Origin: Candidatus Nomurabacteria bacterium
GTDB lineage: Bacteria > Patescibacteriota > Minisyncoccia > Phycocordibacterales > UBA9973
Direction of reading: 5' to 3'
Assembly (NCBI GenBank): GCA_943350875.1
Contig: CALRAL010000002.1
Coordinates: 68,221-132,220, forward strand
Length of the DNA stretch: 64,000 bases
Below the pieces are notes generated by a model. It worked only from the letters and a program-made list of their open reading frames with translations. It did not search any database and was not told where the DNA came from. The translations under genes were made by a program, and so were the position numbers. Shown piece after piece: positions 19,206 through 28,903 of the stretch (its first letter is position 1; each line of letters opens with the position of its first letter).

Positions 19206-19634
19206 ATGAAAACAGAAAAATACAAAATTATATTTATAACCGTCGTCTTCATTTTAGTGTTGGTTTTATTATATTCATATAAAAATATCTCTGTTTCTGT
19301 TGAAAATAAAGGCATGAAGAATGTAGATTCTTCTACAGGATCTAAAAAAGAAAATATTTCTGCAACTTTGATTGTTGGGGGAAAAAAAATACTTTTAACA
19401 TCCCAAATAAATTCATCTTTATATGATGTTCTTTTAGAAGCAAAGAAAAATAATCAGATAAATTTTACTGGTAAAGTTTACCCTTTGCTTGGTTTTTTTG
19501 TAGATAGTATTGATAATTTGAAAAATAAAGATGGAAAGTATTTGTTTTATTATATAAACGGTAAAGAGGCATCTGTCGGTGTTTCTAATTATATACTCAA
19601 AGACGGGGACGTGATTGAGTGGAAATTAAAATGA
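19206..19634 (+). CDS. Membrane-anchored DUF4430 (transcobalamin C-domain-like) protein
   Basis: N-terminal TM; LGFFVDSID, YYINGKEASVGVSNYILKDGDVIEW. Confidence 0.85.
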   Translation: MKTEKYKIIFITVVFILVLVLLYSYKNISVSVENKGMKNVDSSTGSKKENISATLIVGGKKILLTSQINSSLYDVLLEAKKNNQINFTGKVYPLLGFFVDSIDNLKNKDGKYLFYYINGKEASVGVSNYILKDGDVIEWKLK

Positions 19635-21460
19635 AAAAGATATTTTTAGGATTTAGTATTTTTATGAGCTTATTTGTGTTTAATTTTACTTATGCGGAAG
19701 ATGTGGTTCCAGATCCAGTTCTTACTAGCAGTATTACTATCCGTGATGGAGGCAATGTAATTTTTACAGGTGTTATTCCAATCAATTCAGATAGTACTGT
19801 TTTGTCTTTATTAAATGATGCTGACACTTTGAGCCCTGATTTTAATGTTTCTAATATACAGAATTTTTCTTTTGGGGCTTACTTAAAATGCATAACAGAT
19901 ATAAACGGAGAAAGATGTGATAATTGGCAGTATGCAGTTAACAATCTTTATACTTTTTCAAGTATAGATCAATATAAATTAAATGGGGGAGAAAACGTTT
20001 ATATATATTTTGGACCACAAAACAAAGTTATCCTTAGCTCAAATAATATAAATACTAACAATATTTTGACTGTTATAGCGCAAAAATATAATTATCAAAA
20101 TAATACCTGGGAGATAAGGACTGATGTAACTGTTGGTTTAACACAACCAGATTTACAACCCAACCCAAATAACAATTGGTTACCACCATTAGAAATAAAA
20201 ACTAATTTAGTTGATGAAAATGGTCAAGTTACTTTTTCGTCAATATCTGTTGGTTCTTATGATGTTGGAGTTCAGGAAGATGGGTATTTCCCTACCGAAA
20301 AACTAGATGTTATTTCTGCTCCTGTGATAGAGCATCATAGCTCTGGCGGTGGTAGAGCTTATATACTACCGCCAAAGCCAGTTTTTTCTACGCAAAACGC
20401 GATTAATTATTTAAAAAGTTTACAAGTAAATGATGGATCTTTTGGTGGATCTGATATGTACACTGATTGGGTGGGGATTGCTTTGTCTGCCGGAGGGGTA
20501 GCAGATAGTTCTACTAATAGTATAATTTCATATTTTAGTTTACATCCTCTAAAAAGTTCACTTTTGACTGATATTGAACGTAGGGCAATGACACTTCTAG
20601 CCTTGGGGCAGGATCCATACTCATTTAATAATACAGATTATATTTTTTTAATTTTGAAGAATTTTGACGGAATACAATTTGGTGATAAAGATCTAGTGAA
20701 TGATGATATTTTTGCTCTCATTCCACTTAGCGCTTCAGGATATAAAATAGATGATGAGGTTATTTCAAAAGATATCAATTTTATTCTTTCGAAACAAAAG
20801 ACAGATGGTTCTTGGGAAGAAAGTGTAGATGTGACTTCCGCCTCGATCCAAGCATTATCTTTATTTAACTCTTTGCCTACTGTTTCAGACGCGCTTTCAA
20901 AAGCTAGCCTTTATGTTATGAATTCACAAAAGGATGATGGTGGTTGGGGGAACGTTTATTCTACTAGTTGGGCGGTGCAAGCAGGGAATGCCTTAAATAT
21001 TATTTATACCAAGAATGGACATACAGGACTTGATTATTTTGCAAATAATCAGATAAGTGATGGGGGAGTTTTGTCACTAAATGAAACTTTAGAAAATAGA
21101 GTTTGGGCCACGAGCTATGTTATCCCTGCTATGCTTAGCAAAACTTGGAATAGTATTTTTCATCAAGTTCTTAAACCAGTAAAAGTAGATACTAAAGATG
21201 TCGTTTCTAAGATAGTAGAAAATAAATTAAAAGAAAAAGTTGTAGATAAAAAGATAGATAATATAATAAGTATTATAAAAAAAGTTAAAAAAGAGATTGT
21301 TGTTAGTCCTGAAACAGAGAAAATAGAAACAAAAAATATGCTTACAGCTTCAGCCATAGAAAGCCAGACGCGTGTTACTCAAAATGAAACTCCTTCGTTT
21401 TGGCATGAACTTTTTGCAGGAGTAGGGGATATCTTGAGAGTTCTGCATCTTCTTCGATAA
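19631..21460 (+). CDS. Secreted DUF4430 plus prenyltransferase-like alpha-barrel protein, putative B12-binding
   Basis: Signal peptide; FGAYLKCI..WQYAVN; repeated Q..DGSF, QKTDGSW and QKDDGGW motifs. Confidence 0.75.
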   Translation: MKKIFLGFSIFMSLFVFNFTYAEDVVPDPVLTSSITIRDGGNVIFTGVIPINSDSTVLSLLNDADTLSPDFNVSNIQNFSFGAYLKCITDINGERCDNWQYAVNNLYTFSSIDQYKLNGGENVYIYFGPQNKVILSSNNINTNNILTVIAQKYNYQNNTWEIRTDVTVGLTQPDLQPNPNNNWLPPLEIKTNLVDENGQVTFSSISVGSYDVGVQEDGYFPTEKLDVISAPVIEHHSSGGGRAYILPPKPVFSTQNAINYLKSLQVNDGSFGGSDMYTDWVGIALSAGGVADSSTNSIISYFSLHPLKSSLLTDIERRAMTLLALGQDPYSFNNTDYIFLILKNFDGIQFGDKDLVNDDIFALIPLSASGYKIDDEVISKDINFILSKQKTDGSWEESVDVTSASIQALSLFNSLPTVSDALSKASLYVMNSQKDDGGWGNVYSTSWAVQAGNALNIIYTKNGHTGLDYFANNQISDGGVLSLNETLENRVWATSYVIPAMLSKTWNSIFHQVLKPVKVDTKDVVSKIVENKLKEKVVDKKIDNIISIIKKVKKEIVVSPETEKIETKNMLTASAIESQTRVTQNETPSFWHELFAGVGDILRVLHLLR

Positions 21461-23675
21461 GGCGTACTGCTTCTGTACGAGCTGCTTCTACCATTTTTAA
21501 GTTTTTAATAGCTTCCATTCCTAGGTCTGTAATGCCCCATTGTTTGGTGCCAGAGAGTTCTCCTGCGCCACGAAGGGTGAGATCAAGTTCTGCTAATTCA
21601 AATCCATTTTTTGCATTTTTTAGAGCTTTTAATCTTTCTATTGTTTTTTCACTTTTGGCTTCAGCAAATACATAGCAATATGCTTGATATGAACTTCTGA
21701 TAACTCTCCCGCGAAGTTGATGGAGTTGAGCAAGTCCAAACCTCTCAGCACCTTCTATTATTATTATCGTGGCATTTGGTACATTTACTCCGACTTCGAC
21801 GACTGAGGTAGCACATAGGATATTTATTTTTCCATCTGTAAAATCTTGCATCACTTCTTCCTTTTTTATTTTCGTCATTTTACTATGCAAGACTCCTATT
21901 TCATATTCTCTAAAAATTTCCTTTTTTAATCTTTTGGCTTCTGAAGTGACTGCTTTCATTTCAAGCTTCGCTCCAGCAGAATATTCCTTTACAGGGTCGC
22001 TGTCTCGGCTTGCTAGCCGAGCGCTCACTCTCGGGCCGTCGCCCTGCGAGAGACCCTGCAAAGGAAAATCTGCTTCTGCTTCAAATATTCTTGGACAAAT
22101 CACGTAGAGTTGTCTACCATTTTTTAGCTCAGTCCTTACTTTTTCATACGTTTCTTCTCTTTTATCTGGAGTCACTATTTCAGTAATTATTTGCTTTCGT
22201 CCTTTTGGCATCTCATCCAGAAGAGATAAATCCAAATCCCCGTATATAGTGAGGGCGAGAGTACGGGGGATAGGGGTGGCAGTCATAGAAAGCAAATGAG
22301 GCACAATATCACCTTTTTTGGCTAATTGTTTTCTTTGATTCAAACCGAATCGATGTTGTTCGTCTATCACTATCAAGGCTAAATTTTTAAATTTAACTGT
22401 TTTTTGAATTAGGGCATGTGTACCTATTAAGATGCTTATTTCTCCACTAGCTACCCACTTTAAAAGTTGTGATCTAGAAATATCTGTCCAACCGTCTGGG
22501 TTTACTTTCGAAGGGAATTTCCTACAACCACTTCCAGTGATGAGCCCGATGTTTATTGGTAGGTGCTTAAAGTATATTATGAAAGATTCAAAATGTTGAG
22601 TGGCTAGTATTTCTGTCGGAGCCATATAAGCTGTTTGTAAATGTCCAAAGTTTTGGGCATTACCTTTTACATCATTTGGTCTTTGTTTGATGGTGGCGTA
22701 GGCGACAGTCGCGGCTACTGCAGTCTTGCCAGAACCCACATCTCCCTCGAGCAAGCGAGACATTGGGAAACTTCTTTCCATATCTGAAAATATCGTATTT
22801 ATAGATTTAACTTGTGATTTTGTAGCTTCAAATGGGAAGCATTTCAAAAACTCTTCAATATCTTTTTTATCTATATTTACTTTAAAAGATTTATTTTTCT
22901 TATATTCATATTTGTCATGCTGGCATTCAAGTTGGATGCAGAAAACTTCTTCAAAGGCGAAACGTTTACGTGCCATCTCCGCATCCTTTTTATTCTTTGG
23001 GGTATGGATCCAGACGAGGGCTGTTTTTAAAGTTGGCAAACTATATTTTTTTAAAATATCAGGTGGAATATAATCTTCTAAAGTATCTAAAAGTCGAGTT
23101 TCTTTTCCGCCCAAGGCGGATCCGCCTTGGGCGGAGAAAATCTTTTGAATAGCGTGATAAAACCATTTTGAAGTTATTCCTTTTGTCTCGCGATAAACAG
23201 GGTAGGAAAGGCCTTTGTCTATTTCATCTTTTTTGTTAAATAAATTGTTGTGCGAATCTATCGGCAATGCACCTATCTTCTCAAATTCTGGGTTGGCTAG
23301 GTACGTACCACTTTTACTGGCTGTTACTTTGCCGGTGAGTTTGACATTATCGCCTTCGTGAATCATCTTGGCCAGATACGCCTGGTGATACCAAATGATT
23401 TTTATTTTCCCAGACAAGTCTGCTATCTCACCTTCTCCCATCGGTATCTTTGAACGAAACCCCTTTTTAGTTTTCAAATTTGAGACTTTTCCATAGACTG
23501 TAGCTACTTCCCCTGGCACTAATTCAGAAATCTTTTTTATTTCACTTATGTCACTGTACCTGACAGGGAAGTAAAACAACAAATCTACCACAGAAAAAAG
23601 ATTCAGGCTACGTAATGCCTTCTTTTGTTTCTCATCTAAACGAAATTTTACTTCAAGTCTATCCTTTAATTCCAT
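21375..23675 (-). CDS. recG: ATP-dependent DNA helicase RecG
   Basis: GDVGSGKT, MAPTEILA, DEQHRFG, MTATPIPRTL, QLHQLRGRV; carries two palindromic insertions. Confidence 0.96.
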   Translation of the reverse strand: MELKDRLEVKFRLDEKQKKALRSLNLFSVVDLLFYFPVRYSDISEIKKISELVPGEVATVYGKVSNLKTKKGFRSKIPMGEGEIADLSGKIKIIWYHQAYLAKMIHEGDNVKLTGKVTASKSGTYLANPEFEKIGALPIDSHNNLFNKKDEIDKGLSYPVYRETKGITSKWFYHAIQKIFSAQGGSALGGKETRLLDTLEDYIPPDILKKYSLPTLKTALVWIHTPKNKKDAEMARKRFAFEEVFCIQLECQHDKYEYKKNKSFKVNIDKKDIEEFLKCFPFEATKSQVKSINTIFSDMERSFPMSRLLEGDVGSGKTAVAATVAYATIKQRPNDVKGNAQNFGHLQTAYMAPTEILATQHFESFIIYFKHLPINIGLITGSGCRKFPSKVNPDGWTDISRSQLLKWVASGEISILIGTHALIQKTVKFKNLALIVIDEQHRFGLNQRKQLAKKGDIVPHLLSMTATPIPRTLALTIYGDLDLSLLDEMPKGRKQIITEIVTPDKREETYEKVRTELKNGRQLYVICPRIFEAEADFPLQGLSQGDGPRVSARLASRDSDPVKEYSAGAKLEMKAVTSEAKRLKKEIFREYEIGVLHSKMTKIKKEEVMQDFTDGKINILCATSVVEVGVNVPNATIIIIEGAERFGLAQLHQLRGRVIRSSYQAYCYVFAEAKSEKTIERLKALKNAKNGFELAELDLTLRGAGELSGTKQWGITDLGMEAIKNLKMVEAARTEAVRLIEEDAELSRYPLLLQKVHAKTKEFHFE
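21975..22074. repeat. About 100-nt branched palindromic element inside recG
   Basis: Outer stem AGCAGA..TTCCTTT.CAGGGTC / GACCCTG.AAAGGAA..TCTGCT with inner hairpins; read as ADFPLQGLSQGDGPRVSARLASRDSDPVKEYSA. Confidence 0.75.
23106..23135. repeat. Perfect 30-nt palindrome inside recG
   Basis: TCCGCCCAAGGCGGATCCGCCTTGGGCGGA, read as SAQGGSALGG. Confidence 0.85.
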
Positions 23676-24050
23676 TTATTGTCCGATGACTTCTTTGATC
23701 CTTTGTACGAGCTCATCTAGAGTGAAATTGGACTTTACCATGAATCCACTGATGCCAAGTTTGTTTGCTTGCTCCATATCTTTTTCCTCGGATAGATTAG
23801 AAAATACTATTACAGGTAGATTTTTTAATTCCTTATCATCTCTGATTTTCTTTAATATTTCAAAGCCACTAGATTCTGGGAGTAATAAATCTAGTAATAC
23901 CAAACTCACTTCATTTTTTGAGCCCATCATTTTAAAAGCTTCTGTACTGTTTGAAGCAGTCAAAACCTCATAATTCTCCTTTTTTAATTTTGTGGCTTCA
24001 AGTCCTTGCAAGAAATTGTCGTCTTCTATTATAAGTATTGTTTTATTCAT
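23676..24050 (-). CDS. Single-domain response regulator
   Basis: ILIIEDD, VLLDLLLP, VFSN, MVKS. Confidence 0.92.
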   Translation of the reverse strand: MNKTILIIEDDNFLQGLEATKLKKENYEVLTASNSTEAFKMMGSKNEVSLVLLDLLLPESSGFEILKKIRDDKELKNLPVIVFSNLSEEKDMEQANKLGISGFMVKSNFTLDELVQRIKEVIGQ

Positions 24051-24102
24051 GGTGTATATTATAGCTATTTATCATATTGGATGCAAATGTCTGCCAAATG
24101 GC

Positions 24103-24858
24103 TTATTTAGATATTGGAATACTAAAGAAAAAGGTTGTGCCGGTGTCTTTTTCACTTTCAAACCACATTTTTCCCCCATGTTCTTCTATTATTTTCTTTG
24201 CATTGAAAAGTCCTATTCCCGAACCGATAACATCTTTCTTCCTGGCTTCAGGATCGCGGTAAAACTTTTCAAAAATCCTACTCTTATTTTCATCCGGTAC
24301 ACATATCCCTATATCTTTAATAGAAAATTCTATTATTTTATCTTTTTCTCTGAGGGCCATAAATATTTTGCCATGCCCGTTGCTATATTTTATGGCATTC
24401 TCGAGCAAGTTTTGGAAAACAACTCTTAACTTTTCTTTGTCGCCATGCACTAGAGAAAGTCTTATTTCTGGTTTTAGAAAAATCATCTGGATGCCTTTAG
24501 CATTTGCTTCACCAGAAAAATCAAAGATTGAATTATCTATCAATTCTGTCAAATCAACTTCTGAGAAAATATATTTCTTTTCGGCAATGTCTTCTGTTTT
24601 GTTTGCTAGGAGTAATTCACTTACAATACCTATGGCTCGGTCATTGCTGTCGTACGCTTTGCTTATCAAATTTTCTTGTTCAGCTGTGAGTTTACCCAAG
24701 TCGCCATCGAGGAACATTTTGATAATCCATTTGAGTCCTGATAGGGCAGTGCGTATCTGATGCGCGCTCATAGAGACGATGTCCGCTTTGACTGCGCACA
24801 GCTCTGCCATCTTTTTATTTTCTTCCATCAACTTTTTTATTTCTGTCTCTTTGTCCAT
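24103..24858 (-). CDS. Soluble histidine kinase (HisKA + HATPase)
   Basis: AHQIRT, NLLENAIKYS, GSGIGL, GTTF; no TM or sensor domain. Confidence 0.9.
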   Translation of the reverse strand: MDKETEIKKLMEENKKMAELCAVKADIVSMSAHQIRTALSGLKWIIKMFLDGDLGKLTAEQENLISKAYDSNDRAIGIVSELLLANKTEDIAEKKYIFSEVDLTELIDNSIFDFSGEANAKGIQMIFLKPEIRLSLVHGDKEKLRVVFQNLLENAIKYSNGHGKIFMALREKDKIIEFSIKDIGICVPDENKSRIFEKFYRDPEARKKDVIGSGIGLFNAKKIIEEHGGKMWFESEKDTGTTFFFSIPISK

Positions 24859-24882
24859 GGGGATATTATAGCATTAATTCTG

Positions 24883-24969
24883 CGGATGAGGTGAGATTCG
24901 AACTCACGGTCCTTTTAAGGGGACGGCGGTTTAGTAAACCGCTGGCTTAAACCACTTGCCTACTCATCC
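24883..24969 (-). tRNA. tRNA-Ser (anticodon ACT)
   Basis: GGATGAG/CTCATCC acceptor, discriminator G, GCGGT-TTACTAA-ACCGC anticodon arm, long variable arm, GTGAG-TTCGAAT-CTCAC T arm. Confidence 0.88.
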
Positions 24970-25018
24970 TAAAATCTATAGATTATACATTATTCTATTA
25001 TTGATGTATAATGGATAT

Positions 25019-26056
25019 ATGTCTGAGTTGTTTACATATAATAGATTAAAATTTAATAAAAAGAAAGCACAGAGAAACTTTATTTTGAAAGCAGAAAAGA
25101 TTTTAAATTTAACAGATTTGGAGTTATCTAATAAATTGGGTATAAGTCGTAGAACAATTTATGAATGGAAAAATGAAAGGATTACTATTTCCCAAATAGC
25201 TGCAATAAAAATATCTAAATGGTCTAATATATCTATACCTAAAAATCACCAAATTATTGATTGGCGATTACATTTTCAAAAAGCTGGAAAAATAGGAGGA
25301 AGAAATAGATTTAATATATATGGAAATGTTGCTATGGATGAAAATTATAGAAAAGAAAAATGGAGGCAATGGTGGAATATGATTGGGCAACATAAAAAAG
25401 TAGCTCCAGGTTTTCAGTCGCTTATTAAAATAAAAATACCAAGAAAAAACCAATTACTTGCTGAATTTGTCGGTATCATGCTTGGTGATGGGGGAATAAG
25501 TAAATATCACACTACTATTACTTTATATAGTAAAGAAAAACAGTATATTTCATTTGTGAGTAAAGTAATAAATAAACTGTTTAATCTTAAACCAAAAATA
25601 TATAAACTTAAATATGCAAATGCGGTAGATATTGTTGTAAACAGAAAAAAACTAGTAGATTTCTGCCAGACTATAGGTCTTGTAATAGGAAATAAAATTA
25701 AACAACAAATAGATATCCCACTATGGATTAAAAAGAATAAAGGATTTTCTAGAGCTTGTATAAAAGGTTTAATAGATACAGATGGATGTTTTTATAATAA
25801 TTCTTATTATGTAAACGGTAAAAAATACTCTTATTTAAAAATTGCTTTTACAAGTGCTTCTTTGCCATTAGTAAACTCTGTGGCTCAAACTTTGATAAAT
25901 ATTGGAATAAATGCAAGAATAAGTAAAGATCAACGAGATGTTCGTATAGAAAATAGTAAATATGTGTTTAAGTATATAAAGGAGATAGGAACACATAATC
26001 ATAAGCATTTAGAGAAGATAAAAAAATGGAAAAATAGAGAGAATGTGTTAGAGTAA
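25019..26056 (+). CDS. Free-standing LAGLIDADG endonuclease-like protein with N-terminal HTH
   Basis: LAEFVGIMLGDGGI and CIKGLIDTDGCF; HTH ELSNKLGISRRTIYEW. Confidence 0.88.
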   Translation: MSELFTYNRLKFNKKKAQRNFILKAEKILNLTDLELSNKLGISRRTIYEWKNERITISQIAAIKISKWSNISIPKNHQIIDWRLHFQKAGKIGGRNRFNIYGNVAMDENYRKEKWRQWWNMIGQHKKVAPGFQSLIKIKIPRKNQLLAEFVGIMLGDGGISKYHTTITLYSKEKQYISFVSKVINKLFNLKPKIYKLKYANAVDIVVNRKKLVDFCQTIGLVIGNKIKQQIDIPLWIKKNKGFSRACIKGLIDTDGCFYNNSYYVNGKKYSYLKIAFTSASLPLVNSVAQTLINIGINARISKDQRDVRIENSKYVFKYIKEIGTHNHKHLEKIKKWKNRENVLE

Positions 26057-26069
26057 TAAAGTTCGACAA

Positions 26070-26156
26070 GGAGCCGTGGGAGAGCGGTCTAATCTACATC
26101 TTTGCTAAAGATGCAGGGGTTAAACCCCCTCGAGGGTTCGAATCCCTCCGGCTCCG
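26070..26156 (+). tRNA. tRNA-Ser (anticodon GCT)
   Basis: GGAGCCG/CGGCTCC acceptor, CATCT-TTGCTAA-AGATG, long variable arm, GAGGG-TTCGAAT-CCCTC. Confidence 0.93.
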
Positions 26157-26176
26157 CTAGATTTAATATATTGTTT

Positions 26177-26452
26177 ATGGAACTGAAAGAAATTGAAAAT
26201 GAAATAAAAAGGATAAAAGAACGCAACACTAGAGTTGAGGTGGATAAAGCATGGGAGGTGAGTAGAACGAGGAGCTTTATTTTAACAACTTCGACGTATC
26301 TTTTGGTGGTAATCTTGCTTTTCATAATAAAAAATGAGAGGCCATTTATAAATGCGTTAATTCCTACCTTTGGATATTTTATCTCTTTTCAATCTCTACC
26401 TTTCTTTAAAAGACTTTGGTTAAAAAATAAAAAGCCTAATGCGCCACGGTAA
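26177..26452 (+). CDS. Small membrane protein
   Basis: ERNTRVEVDKAWEVS followed by two hydrophobic segments; ATG placed after the tRNA. Confidence 0.75.
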   Translation: MELKEIENEIKRIKERNTRVEVDKAWEVSRTRSFILTTSTYLLVVILLFIIKNERPFINALIPTFGYFISFQSLPFFKRLWLKNKKPNAPR

Positions 26453-27086
26453 ATGCGATAACTTTTTTGGCGCCATGCAGCTTGAGAGTTTTACGGGCTT
26501 CAGATAGAGTGGCGCCGGTGGTGATGACATCATCTATTAAGATTATATTTCTACCTTTTATAAGTTCGGGATTTTTTACAGAAAAAGAGCCGATGATGTT
26601 TAAGAGTCTTTTTCTGCGGTCTTCTATTCTTGCTTGATGTTCGCTATCTTTTGGTTTTATTAAAACATTTTTTTCTAAAATAAAATTTTGGTTTTTATCT
26701 AATGCAATCAAATTATTGCAAATAAGTTCTGACTGATTAAATCCCCTTTCTCTTTGCCTCTTGGCTGAGAGGGGGATAGGGATCAAAATCGGGTTTCGAA
26801 AATTCTCCATCAAACTTAACTCTGAAAGTTCTTCTATAATCCTGCCATACATACATTCAGCAAAGATCTTAGCCAAGCCTCTTTTGCCATTATATTTCAA
26901 AAGCCAAATGGCCTTTTTTATGGCGGGGTGTCTATAATCATATATTGGGAATATCCATTTTACACTTTCGCGTTCGGATGGAGGAGAGCCTGCTAGACAC
27001 TTTTCACACAATAATACGCCACTTTTATTGCAAGATATGCATCTAACAGGGAAAATCAAGTCCAATATAGTGTTTAAAAATTGCAT
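26436..27086 (-). CDS. comF: ComF family competence protein
   Basis: CISC..CEKC zinc ribbon, IPIPL, RGFNQS, LIDDVITTGATL. Confidence 0.93.
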   Translation of the reverse strand: MQFLNTILDLIFPVRCISCNKSGVLLCEKCLAGSPPSERESVKWIFPIYDYRHPAIKKAIWLLKYNGKRGLAKIFAECMYGRIIEELSELSLMENFRNPILIPIPLSAKRQRERGFNQSELICNNLIALDKNQNFILEKNVLIKPKDSEHQARIEDRRKRLLNIIGSFSVKNPELIKGRNIILIDDVITTGATLSEARKTLKLHGAKKVIAFTVAH

Positions 27087-27120
27087 ATGGTATAATTATT
27101 AAGCATTCTAGCACAATATC

Positions 27121-28251
27121 ATGGATAATCCTTTTAATAAAATTTTTAGCTCCGTTTCTGGTATCTTTAGTGGGGGCTCGAGCGATAGCGCAGTCGGCAT
27201 TGATATAGGTTCTTCAGCTATTAAAATAGTAGAGGTAAAGAACAAAAAAGGTAAAGCTATGCTCGAGACTTATGGTTCTATCGCTTTGGGTCCTTATGGG
27301 GAAGAAGACATCGGGCGAGTGACGAATCTTCCAGCGGAAAAAGTAATAGAAGCTATAAAAGAAGTTCTAAAAGATTCAGGAGTAGCGACGTCTTCGGTTG
27401 CTTTATCTATTCCTATTCAATCTAGCCTAATTTTTCCGATAGAACTTCCAGCCCAAGTCAAAGAAAGCGAGATGAGTTCTATCGTTCCTACAGAAGCTCG
27501 CAAATATATTCCACTTCCTATTTCCGAAGTATCGCTTGATTATTTCGTTTTGCCGAAGAAAGAATCTTCTTTTGAAGAATCAAATAATCCAGACTTACCA
27601 AAAGCTCCCGAGATAAAAACAGAAGTTCTTGTTGTTGCTATCCAAAATGATGTGATTTCTAAATATCGCTCTGTTGTTTCTCAATGCAATCTAGACGCTG
27701 GATTTTTTGAAATCGAGATTTTTGCTTCAGTTCGATCAAATTTCAACCATGAATTATCTCCTGTAATGTTGCTGGATTTCGGAGCATCACGTACTAAGCT
27801 CTCATTAGTAGAATTTGGCATGGTTAAAAACTATCATACTATCAATCGAGGTGGAGCTGACATAACAGATGCGATTTCTAAATCTTTAAGTATTCCTTTT
27901 TCAAAAGCAGAAGAAATGAAGAAAGAATTTGGTCTTTTGGAAAATGAAAAGGAAAAAAGCTTGTCTGATATCATAAAAGTTCACATTGACTATATCTTTT
28001 CAGAAACAAATAATGTACTATTAGGGTATGAGAAGAAATATGACCGTACTATAAGCAAAGTGATAATAACTGGTGGCGGATCCCTCCTTAAAGGATTGAA
28101 AGAAATGGCGGCAAATAACTTCCATGCAGAGATAGAAATAGGGCGTCCATTCAGCAAAATCGGTGCTCCTGAGTTTTTAGAAAAGGTCTTGGATGCTACT
28201 GGTCCAGAATTCGCAGTTGCTATCGGTCTCGCTTTACGTAAATTACAATAA
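27121..28251 (+). CDS. pilM: Type IV pilus assembly protein PilM
   Basis: VGIDIGSSAIK, LLDFGA, ITGGGS, AVAIGLALR. Confidence 0.93.
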   Translation: MDNPFNKIFSSVSGIFSGGSSDSAVGIDIGSSAIKIVEVKNKKGKAMLETYGSIALGPYGEEDIGRVTNLPAEKVIEAIKEVLKDSGVATSSVALSIPIQSSLIFPIELPAQVKESEMSSIVPTEARKYIPLPISEVSLDYFVLPKKESSFEESNNPDLPKAPEIKTEVLVVAIQNDVISKYRSVVSQCNLDAGFFEIEIFASVRSNFNHELSPVMLLDFGASRTKLSLVEFGMVKNYHTINRGGADITDAISKSLSIPFSKAEEMKKEFGLLENEKEKSLSDIIKVHIDYIFSETNNVLLGYEKKYDRTISKVIITGGGSLLKGLKEMAANNFHAEIEIGRPFSKIGAPEFLEKVLDATGPEFAVAIGLALRKLQ

Positions 28252-28295
28252 GTGAGATAATTAGGTAGTTGAAAGTTATCAAGTTTATAAAATCT

Positions 28296-28901
28296 ATGGA
28301 ACAGAATTTTCAAACATCATTCATACCCAAAAAGCCAATAGTAGAGAGCCGAAGCACTCCTTCAAAGCCTATTAGTTTTTCTTTAGTTATCTCTATTTTT
28401 GCTTTATTCGCTATGATCCTTTCTTCAGGTGGTCTTTATTTTTATAAAGATATTTTGAATAAAAACATTGTTCAGATGAAAAAAGATTTGGATATTGCCA
28501 AGAACCGTTTTGAACCATCAAAGATAAACCAGCTCCAAGACTTAGACAAACGTCTCAATGCTTCAAAAAATATTTTATCGAACCACATTGCTATTTCTCC
28601 TGTTTTTAAAGCTTTGCAAGATGTGACGATGAAAACTGTTCGTTATACAAAGTTTAGTTATAGTTTTGGTAGCGATAAAGATATGAAAGTCACAGTAAAG
28701 ATGAGTGGAGTTGCTCTAGGCTACAAGTCTATCGCTCTCCAATCAGATCTTTTTACGGAAGATAAATATCTGATTGATCCTGTCTTTTCTAATCTCACTC
28801 TAGACGACAAAGGCAATGTTCTTTTTGATCTTAGTTTTGGAGTGAGTCCTGATTTTATAGATTATAATAAAGTGCTCTCTACAGCAGAGCCTGCGAATTA
28901 A
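28296..28901 (+). CDS. PilN-like pilus assembly protein
   Basis: FQTSFIPK N-terminus, single TM, coiled coil; follows pilM. Confidence 0.7.
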   Translation: MEQNFQTSFIPKKPIVESRSTPSKPISFSLVISIFALFAMILSSGGLYFYKDILNKNIVQMKKDLDIAKNRFEPSKINQLQDLDKRLNASKNILSNHIAISPVFKALQDVTMKTVRYTKFSYSFGSDKDMKVTVKMSGVALGYKSIALQSDLFTEDKYLIDPVFSNLTLDDKGNVLFDLSFGVSPDFIDYNKVLSTAEPAN

Positions 28902-28903
28902 TT

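Noticed and set aside
24956-25018. Longer N-termini from the ORF track for the LAGLIDADG gene (24956) and the 26102 ORF
   Set aside because: They overlap tRNA genes; the downstream ATGs at 25019 and 26177 fit better
24883-26156. Group I intron or split tRNA around the LAGLIDADG ORF
   Set aside because: Both flanking tRNAs are complete, on opposite strands, and there is no room for a ribozyme core
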